Shown: positions 9,350 to 15,091 of the stretch, piece by piece | Layout of the letters: each line of letters starts with the position of its first letter | How positions within the stretch are numbered: the stretch's first letter is position 1 | Source: a candidate division FCPU426 bacterium | Lineage (GTDB): Bacteria; Oederibacteriota; JAAXVQ01; JAUVAV01 | NCBI GenBank assembly: GCA_030637655.1 | Contig: DAOWGI010000119.1 | Location: forward strand, 1-15,091 | Direction: 5' to 3' | DNA length: 15,091 bases | Notes under the pieces: generated by a model | The model's input: the letters and a program-made list of their open reading frames with translations, nothing else | Told to the model about the DNA's origin: nothing | The model's database searches: none | Program-made: the position numbers and the translations under genes

Positions 9350-11176
9350 ATGTCTAAGAATCCATTTTTAGTTCCGCGGGGTGAGTTGAGCCAAGCGTAC
9401 GAGGAGCTTGATCGTATTACCAAGATGTTAATTAAACGGGATGTATTATTAACCGACACGAATATTGAATTGGAAAATAAAAACCAGGATTTGGAACTGG
9501 CACGTCAGGAATTATTGCGGATTAGTCAGTATTTGACTAATTTGTTTGCCAATTCACCGGATGCTATTTGGGTGCTTGATTCGCAGCACCGGGTCAACAC
9601 ATTTAATAAAATGGCGGAAGAATTAACGGGCTACAAAGCCGAAGAGGTTATTGGCCGTTCTTTGGATTTTCTTTTTCTCAAGAAGCAGGAATATGGCGAG
9701 GTGTTGCGAAAATTGCCACGGGAAGAAAGCTGCCGGAACATTCGGTCGCAGATACGACGCAAGAACGGAGAAACGGCCGAGATTCTTTTGTCCATATCGT
9801 ATTTGCGCGAGGGTGATGATCCGGATGCACAACAGCTGGGCAGTATGACGATTTTTAAAGATATTACCCGCGAAATCCGTTTGGAGGAAGCTTTACGGGA
9901 AGCCAATGAACGTTTGGAAGATAAAGTTCGGCAAAGAACCAGTGAATTGGAAGTGTTGTCGCAAACCTTGCTGGTTTTGAATCATGTTTCTACGGTTGCG
10001 AGTCAATCGTTGGAATTAGATACTCTGTTGAATAACATTCTGCGGTTAGTCTTGGAACTGACAGGATTCAACATGGGGATTGTATCACCCTTTGAGGATT
10101 CAGATACCATTTCCATACGTGCCCATATTCATATGCCTCCGGAATTATTGGAGAAACTGCGGCATATTAAAAAAGGGGAAGGGATTATAGGACGCGCAGC
10201 AAATAATGGTTTTTTACAGGTTGCCGGTCCGGACCTGCCGGAAATGTCCGCGTCGGATATTCGTCTGGTGGTTGCAGTACCCCTGCGTGCCAAAGGAACC
10301 ATTCAGGGTGTGATGACACTGTTTTCCAAAGTGGATCGCAAGGTGTTGGATGAAGAATGGGATATATTTATGGCCATTGGCGTGCAAGCCGGTTGGGCGA
10401 TCGAGAATGCCTGGTTGTACGAACAGGTGCGCGATGATGTTTTGAAATTGAAAGAAGTGGATCGCATTAAAACCGAATTTATCGCCACCATTTCACATGA
10501 ATTGCGAACGCCGCTGACGTCAATCATTGGGTTTTTAAGTTACGCCAATACGGCTCTGGAAAAATTTGACAAGAAAAAATTAAGACGTTATATCTATATT
10601 GCTTTGGAAAACGGTCAGAAGCTGGCCCATATGATTGAAGACTTACTGGCTATGCAGAAATTGGATTCCGGGACCTTGTCGTTACATTATGAACCGATCG
10701 TGCTTAATGAGTTGTTTGGAGAAATTAGTGTGGATCTGGGTCCGCAATTGCAGATGAAGGAACAGGAAATGGTGATTGATCTGATTGAGGGGTTGCCTCC
10801 GTTGCATGCGGATCGGGAACAAATGGAACGGGCTTTGATAAATCTGGTGGTCAATGCGATTAAGTTCTCTGAAGGTCCGGGGGAAATTACTTTGTCTGCG
10901 CGACATGATGCAAAAAAAAGAAAATACGTACTGATAGTATCCGATACCGGCATCGGGATGTCTTCGGCAGTGAGAGGAAAAATATTTGAGCGTTTTTACC
11001 AAGCTGAGAACACACTGACACGCCGTAGGGGCGGAGCCGGCTTGGGCTTGACAATTTCAAAGAAAATCATCGAGATGCACGGCGGTAGTCTGGAAGTGGA
11101 GAGTGAACTGGAAAAAGGAAGTCGTTTTATTATTATCATTCCGGATCATCAGCCAACAGAAGAAAGTAGAGCGTAA
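9350..11176 (+). CDS. Cytoplasmic sensor histidine kinase: coiled coil-PAS-coiled coil-GAF-HisKA-HATPase_c
   Basis: PAS (NSPDAIWVLD...FNKMAEELTGY...EVIGR...KDIT), GAF (GEGIIGRA...VPLRAKGTIQGVM...AIENAWLY), H-box SHELRTPLT, N-box NLVVNAIKF, DTGIG, GGAGLGL. No TM helix or receiver domain seen. Confidence 0.95.
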   Translation: MSKNPFLVPRGELSQAYEELDRITKMLIKRDVLLTDTNIELENKNQDLELARQELLRISQYLTNLFANSPDAIWVLDSQHRVNTFNKMAEELTGYKAEEVIGRSLDFLFLKKQEYGEVLRKLPREESCRNIRSQIRRKNGETAEILLSISYLREGDDPDAQQLGSMTIFKDITREIRLEEALREANERLEDKVRQRTSELEVLSQTLLVLNHVSTVASQSLELDTLLNNILRLVLELTGFNMGIVSPFEDSDTISIRAHIHMPPELLEKLRHIKKGEGIIGRAANNGFLQVAGPDLPEMSASDIRLVVAVPLRAKGTIQGVMTLFSKVDRKVLDEEWDIFMAIGVQAGWAIENAWLYEQVRDDVLKLKEVDRIKTEFIATISHELRTPLTSIIGFLSYANTALEKFDKKKLRRYIYIALENGQKLAHMIEDLLAMQKLDSGTLSLHYEPIVLNELFGEISVDLGPQLQMKEQEMVIDLIEGLPPLHADREQMERALINLVVNAIKFSEGPGEITLSARHDAKKRKYVLIVSDTGIGMSSAVRGKIFERFYQAENTLTRRRGGAGLGLTISKKIIEMHGGSLEVESELEKGSRFIIIIPDHQPTEESRA

Positions 11177-11182
11177 AGTGCC

Positions 11183-11908
11183 ATGCAGAATGAAATGACC
11201 GTACTAAGTGCCTTTGCCGCAGGCTTGATTTCTTTTCTTTCGCCCTGCGTATTGCCTTTGGTTCCGGCCTATCTCTCGTTTTTGGCCGGAGTTAGTTTGG
11301 AAGAAATGCGTTCTCAGCCAAATCGTACTGTTACCAGGAAAGTGTTACTCTCGGCCGGGGTGTTTGTACTGGGATTTTCTACTGTGTTTGTCCTTTTGGG
11401 GGCGACTGCCACGGTGGTGGGTCACTGGCTGATTCAGCATGCCCAGTGGTTGGGACGTGTGGCTGGGGTTGTATTGATTTTATTTGGGCTCCATTTGACC
11501 GGTGTTTTGAAGATTCCGGTTTTGTTGTTCGAGAAAAGGTTTCATATCCAAGGACGGCAATTGAATGTAGTTGGCATCTTTTTTATTGGTGCAGCCTTTG
11601 CTTTTGGTTGGTCGCCTTGTATTGGACCATTGTTGGCCGGAATATTAACCTTGGCTGGGGCGCAGGAGACCATTGGTCAGGGCATGTTTTTATTGGCAGT
11701 CTACTCAGCTGGTTTGGGTTTGCCGTTTATCTTGGCTGCTGCTGCGGTTGAGCGTTTTATTCATTGGTCACAAAGATTTCGAAACTATCTGCGCTGGATT
11801 GAAATTATTGCCGGAGGTTTACTTATCATCATCGGTATTGTCATGTTGTTCGACGGCATGATGCGTCTATCCTCGTTTTTTACTTTTTTTAACGGTTTTG
11901 GTCTTTAG
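11183..11908 (+). CDS. ccdA: CcdA / DsbD-transmembrane-domain family electron transporter
   Basis: AGLISFLSPCVLPLVP and FAFGWSPCIGP catalytic Cys motifs, YSAGLGLPF, about six hydrophobic helices, 241 aa. Confidence 0.94.
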   Translation: MQNEMTVLSAFAAGLISFLSPCVLPLVPAYLSFLAGVSLEEMRSQPNRTVTRKVLLSAGVFVLGFSTVFVLLGATATVVGHWLIQHAQWLGRVAGVVLILFGLHLTGVLKIPVLLFEKRFHIQGRQLNVVGIFFIGAAFAFGWSPCIGPLLAGILTLAGAQETIGQGMFLLAVYSAGLGLPFILAAAAVERFIHWSQRFRNYLRWIEIIAGGLLIIIGIVMLFDGMMRLSSFFTFFNGFGL

Positions 11909-11966
11909 CACATAGCAGCAGCCGGGTGAATGAAGAAAGGCGAAACGGATACAAGGAGCTTTCCGC

Positions 11967-13658
11967 GTGCCAAGAGAAGTTAATTGCCGAACCGGCAATA
12001 CTATTATTCAATACATCCGTAAGTATCGGCCGGAAGTATTGCCCGGCTTTTTAGAAGGATTTACCGAAGAAGAACTCAGCAACGAACATTTTTGGATTGA
12101 CTCTGAGCAAATGGATATGCTCTATCAACGAGTTGAGAAGCTCTTCTGTGATCCTGCCATCATGCTGGCCATAGGACGCGAGGCGGTGCGTCTGGGAAGT
12201 ACCGGGATTGTGGATTTGTTGTTTCGCTTGGATTATGATCCCATGAAGACAATTAAGCTTTCTGTTCAATATGCCACACTCTTTAGCACGATTACCCAAA
12301 TAAAAATACATGAGATTTCCTCCCAACATGCGATTGTCGAACGGCAAATGAAACGAAAAGTTACTCGCGGCAGTTGCTGCTACACCAAGGGACTGTACTA
12401 CGCCATGTTGGAAGGATTGCGTGTGAAACGGTGCCAAATTATAGAAACGCACTGTGCGGTTCCCATCTGGGAACAGGGGAGGATTGGAAAGTATTGCTTC
12501 TCTTTGGAAAACGGGCATGTTTGGCGCGAAGATGTAAAGGAGAAGAATAAAAAAGATATGGGCCCAATTGCTGCGGACAATACCTTTTTATACAATGGTG
12601 TGCTGTACGGCGCCCCGAGTTGTATTTATCATCTGAAATGGACCAAACGACAGAATCTGTGGATGCGGTTCCGGCAATTTATTAACTTAAAATTCGGCAG
12701 GTTGGAAAAATTGAAAGAGGAATTTTTTTATGAATATGAAGTGGTGGAAAGACAAAATAGACAGTTGCTGCACAACAATCGCCGGTTGGAGGAGCTTTTG
12801 CGAGAGAGGACCATACTTAGTAAAAGTCTTGAAAAACGGGTCAACGATCGTACTATGGAGTTGGAAGATACGGTAACCCAACTCAAAGAGTTGGATGAAA
12901 TGAAGTCCTATTTTTTGTCCATTACTTCTCATGAATTACGTACGCCTTTGACTATCATCAATGGCGCGCTTAATTTATTGCTGACTGACGGGGATCAATT
13001 GAGTCCTGAGCGTTATCGCAAATACATGCTGATGGCAAAAAACAACGCCGAGCATCTGAATAAGTTGATATCCAACCTTTTGGATCTGTCGCGTTTAGAA
13101 TCCGGCCAGTTGAAATTGGAAGTGGAAAAAATCGATGTGGTGCGTCTGGTTCGGGAGAGTCTGGAAGAATTCCGCGAGATAGCGAAAAAGAACAATTTGC
13201 AGTTGTTTTATGAAATGTCAGGTGAGCATCCGGAATTTATCGGTGATTCCTTGCGAATCAAACAAATAGTGGATAATCTCCTTTCCAATGCCGTGAAGTT
13301 CACACCCAGCAGGGGTGAGATTCGATTACATCTGAGTATGGATGAAAAGCAAATGGAGGTCCGGGTTAGCGATAATGGTCTTGGTATTGAGGACTGGGAA
13401 AAGGAAAAAATATTTAAAAAATTCCAACAATCCGAGAGATCACTCACCCGAGAGTCAGCTGGTGTGGGACTGGGATTGGCTATTGTGAGGGATTTAGTAA
13501 AACTGCACGAAGGAACCATTGTGGTTGAGAGTGAAAAAGGTAAAGGATCAACCTTTATTGTCCGCATACCCAAGTTTAGTTCCGGCAAAAGTGAGAACAT
13601 TGTCAGAAAAAAAAGCCGGGATGATCACGAACCGCCGAAAATCTTAGGAAACAAATGA
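11967..13658 (+). CDS. Cytoplasmic sensor histidine kinase with N-terminal Cys-rich V4R/H-NOX-like domain
   Basis: H-box SHELRTPLT, NLLSNAVKFT, DNGLGI, GVGLGL. The N-terminal ~225 aa contain C..TKG, E..C and G...C.Y...W motifs. GTG start with AAGGAG 8 nt upstream. The kinase call is firm; the input-domain call is tentative. Confidence 0.9.
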   Translation: MPREVNCRTGNTIIQYIRKYRPEVLPGFLEGFTEEELSNEHFWIDSEQMDMLYQRVEKLFCDPAIMLAIGREAVRLGSTGIVDLLFRLDYDPMKTIKLSVQYATLFSTITQIKIHEISSQHAIVERQMKRKVTRGSCCYTKGLYYAMLEGLRVKRCQIIETHCAVPIWEQGRIGKYCFSLENGHVWREDVKEKNKKDMGPIAADNTFLYNGVLYGAPSCIYHLKWTKRQNLWMRFRQFINLKFGRLEKLKEEFFYEYEVVERQNRQLLHNNRRLEELLRERTILSKSLEKRVNDRTMELEDTVTQLKELDEMKSYFLSITSHELRTPLTIINGALNLLLTDGDQLSPERYRKYMLMAKNNAEHLNKLISNLLDLSRLESGQLKLEVEKIDVVRLVRESLEEFREIAKKNNLQLFYEMSGEHPEFIGDSLRIKQIVDNLLSNAVKFTPSRGEIRLHLSMDEKQMEVRVSDNGLGIEDWEKEKIFKKFQQSERSLTRESAGVGLGLAIVRDLVKLHEGTIVVESEKGKGSTFIVRIPKFSSGKSENIVRKKSRDDHEPPKILGNK

Positions 13659-14473
13659 GATCCACCAGGTTGAACGCTCAGCAAAAGATAACAGGCCGGG
13701 TAAAGTATTGGACTATTCCCGGCTTCGAGCAAAGGGGCTGCCGGGTTGCTTTTTTTACGCGGTATGGGGGAGTAAGCACCGGAAAGACACGAGGACTTAA
13801 TTTGGGCTTGAATACTGAAGATAATCCTGCCAACGTGCTGAAAAACCGCCAAAATGCCTTTCACGCCGGTAGTTTTGGGCCATATTTGCCGGTGGTTGGT
13901 AATCAAGTGCATGGAAAGAAAATCAGCCTTGTGGATCGTCACTCTGCCGGCAAAGGCTGGGAAGCAAAGCGTGCCACCATAAAAAAAAACGATGGGCTTA
14001 TGACCAAAACACCCGGTTTACCCTTGGCTGTATCCATTGCAGATTGTTTGCCAATTCTTTTTATGTCTGAGAAGAAAAAGGCTGTTGCCGCAGTGCATGC
14101 CGGTTGGAAGGGTATGGTGCAGGGGATTTTAATTAGTGCTGTGCAGAAATTCAAACAACACTATGGAATTCGCCCGGAGCACCTCTGGGTTGCTATTGGA
14201 CCGGGAATCGGACCACAACATTTTGAGGTTTCCGGGGAGGCGCTTGCGCAGCTGCGTCAGGTATGTCCGAAAGCGGTTCGTGAAAAACCGGATGGCAGAA
14301 CGTATTATGATCTTTGGTTTGCGGCTACGGCGCAATTAATTCAACAAGGAATTAATGAAAAGAGAATAATTACTATTCGCGAATGCACAGCATCACATCC
14401 TGGGAAATATTTTTCTTATCGTAGAGAAAAGAGCACAGGAAGAATGTTGGGCATAGTACAAATTTTGCAGTGA
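13655..14473 (+). CDS. pgeF: PgeF/YfiH (laccase-like purine nucleoside phosphorylase / peptidoglycan editing factor) family protein
   Basis: FTRYGGVS, LNLG, NQVHG, ADCLPIL, HAGWKG, IGPGIG, FEV, CT, YFSYRR, GRM. ATGA overlap with the upstream kinase. Confidence 0.93.
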   Translation: MRSTRLNAQQKITGRVKYWTIPGFEQRGCRVAFFTRYGGVSTGKTRGLNLGLNTEDNPANVLKNRQNAFHAGSFGPYLPVVGNQVHGKKISLVDRHSAGKGWEAKRATIKKNDGLMTKTPGLPLAVSIADCLPILFMSEKKKAVAAVHAGWKGMVQGILISAVQKFKQHYGIRPEHLWVAIGPGIGPQHFEVSGEALAQLRQVCPKAVREKPDGRTYYDLWFAATAQLIQQGINEKRIITIRECTASHPGKYFSYRREKSTGRMLGIVQILQ

Positions 14474-14585
14474 ACTTAATTTTTAATTAGTCGCTCCTGA
14501 AAAACCGTCCTTTTTGTCATCGCGGGTAATACAGTTTTATTCAAGTTCTTACACTTCTTTGCGACCTATTGGTTCTCGTTTTTAA

Positions 14586-14613
14586 GTAGGGGCGCAAAAT
14601 TTTGCGCTCCTAC
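14586..14613. repeat. GTAG-type REP-like palindrome (copy 1)
   Basis: GTAGGGGCGCAAAATTTTGCGCTCCTAC is a 28-nt palindrome, perfect except for one G:T pair, with GTAG...CTAC ends. Confidence 0.8.
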
Positions 14614-14630
14614 GACAAGCGTTAAAAAAC

Positions 14631-14650
14631 TTCTCATTTTTCTCATTTTT
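14631..14650. repeat. Exact tandem duplication (TTCTCATTTT)x2
   Basis: Directly visible at 14631-14640 and 14641-14650. Confidence 0.7.
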
Positions 14651-14674
14651 TTTGAAAGGATTTTGAGGTTAGAC

Positions 14675-14683
14675 TGTCATAAT
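14675..14683 (+). promoter_or_regulatory. Possible extended -10 element (TGTCATAAT) for the last gene
   Basis: TGnCATAAT in an AT-rich stretch 17 nt upstream of AGGAG. No convincing -35 at 17-bp spacing. Confidence 0.3.
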
Positions 14684-14707
14684 ATATATCCAATAAATAC
14701 AGGAGAC

Positions 14708-14761
14708 GTAAGGGCGTACTGCTTGTTGCGCCGAAGTCGACGGCGGAAAATAAGCCCTTAC
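14708..14761. repeat. Degenerate GTAG-type REP-like hairpin (copy 2)
   Basis: GTAAGGGC (14708-14715) pairs with GCCCTTAC (14754-14761); inner stem CGCCG/CGGCG (14729-14733 / 14741-14745). The 5' arm GTAAGGGCGTACTGCTTGTTGCGCC aligns with copy 3, GTAGGGGCG--CTGCTTGCTGCGCC. Confidence 0.7.
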
Positions 14762-14768
14762 AATCAAA

Positions 14769-15091
14769 ATGACAGCATCTGGCCGGCAGGTAAATCGCTT
14801 CATATCCATTATTCTTTCCATATTCTTGATTCTACCCGTCCAATTTATACCTGTAGGGGCGCTGCTTGCTGCGCCCTTAACCGTGCCCCTACAATATCAG
14901 GTAAAACCCCAAACCCAATTCCGCCAATTAGTCATCTATGTACCGGATATTTTTGATTCTGCCAGGCAGGTGGAAAAAGCCCTGGACCAACTCCGCGCCA
15001 AAGGCATTCCGAAAAAAGACATTATCAATCTAGCCCAACATGCTGGATTTGATGTCCAACAAGGGCTCAAGACGCAGGCCAAACAATTGGC
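14769..15091 (+). CDS. 5' part of a probable secreted protein (runs off the window; absent from the ORF track)
   Basis: Manual translation from ATG 14769 gives 107 codons with no stop: MTASGRQVNRFISIILSIFLILPVQFIPVGALLAAPLTVPLQYQVKPQTQFRQLVIYVPDIFDSARQVEKALDQLRAKGIPKKDIINLAQHAGFDVQQGLKTQAKQL. It has a signal-peptide-like N-terminus. The in-frame TAA at 14751 makes this the first possible start. Confidence 0.7.
   Translation, partial: MTASGRQVNRFISIILSIFLILPVQFIPVGALLAAPLTVPLQYQVKPQTQFRQLVIYVPDIFDSARQVEKALDQLRAKGIPKKDIINLAQHAGFDVQQGLKTQAKQL
14852..14893. repeat. GTAG-type REP-like hairpin (copy 3), inside the last CDS
   Basis: TGTAGGGGC (14852-14860) pairs with GCCCCTACA (14885-14893); alternative inner stem GGGCGC...GCGCCC; 42 nt long. 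Confidence 0.75.

Noticed and set aside
7578-11908. Complete cytochrome c maturation system II, or selenocysteine-containing redox proteins
   Set aside because: No ResB/CcsA(ResC) genes in the window. The catalytic CxxC and PC residues are ordinary Cys codons with no in-frame TGA.
14474-14630. Rho-independent terminator for the long operon
   Set aside because: The only strong hairpin is the REP-like palindrome, which has no U-tract on either strand. TAATT/AATTA at 14477-14489 is too weak.
14586-14893. CRISPR array
   Set aside because: The repeats differ in length and sequence, spacing is irregular, and no cas genes are present; the pattern fits REPs.
14663-14956. 97-aa ORF from the track
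   Set aside because: TTG start, reads through two REP-like hairpins, and has a non-protein-like composition. The overlapping frame from ATG 14769 has a signal peptide and stays open to the window end.

Overview
Bacterial window with every credible gene on the + strand. It opens with the tail of an upstream CDS and an exported multi-TPR protein. A 283-bp intergenic region follows, holding a compound palindromic MITE/REP-like element. Next is an apparently continuous ~12.2-kb operon: valS, nadC, birA (with HTH), coaX, a TlpA/ResA-like thioredoxin, a stand-alone FIST (NosP-like) protein, a PAS-GAF histidine kinase, ccdA, a second cytoplasmic histidine kinase with a Cys-rich V4R/H-NOX-like input domain, and pgeF/yfiH. 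No response regulator is present. The last ~600 bp contain three GTAG-type REP-like hairpins and the start of a secreted-protein gene missing from the ORF track (ATG 14769). One REP-like hairpin separates that gene's likely Shine-Dalgarno from its ATG, and another lies in frame inside its signal peptide. The best candidates for novelty are the thiol-redox plus FIST plus dual-kinase module and the apparent co-option of REP elements at the 5' end of the last gene. All calls come from motif recognition by eye; no searches were run.
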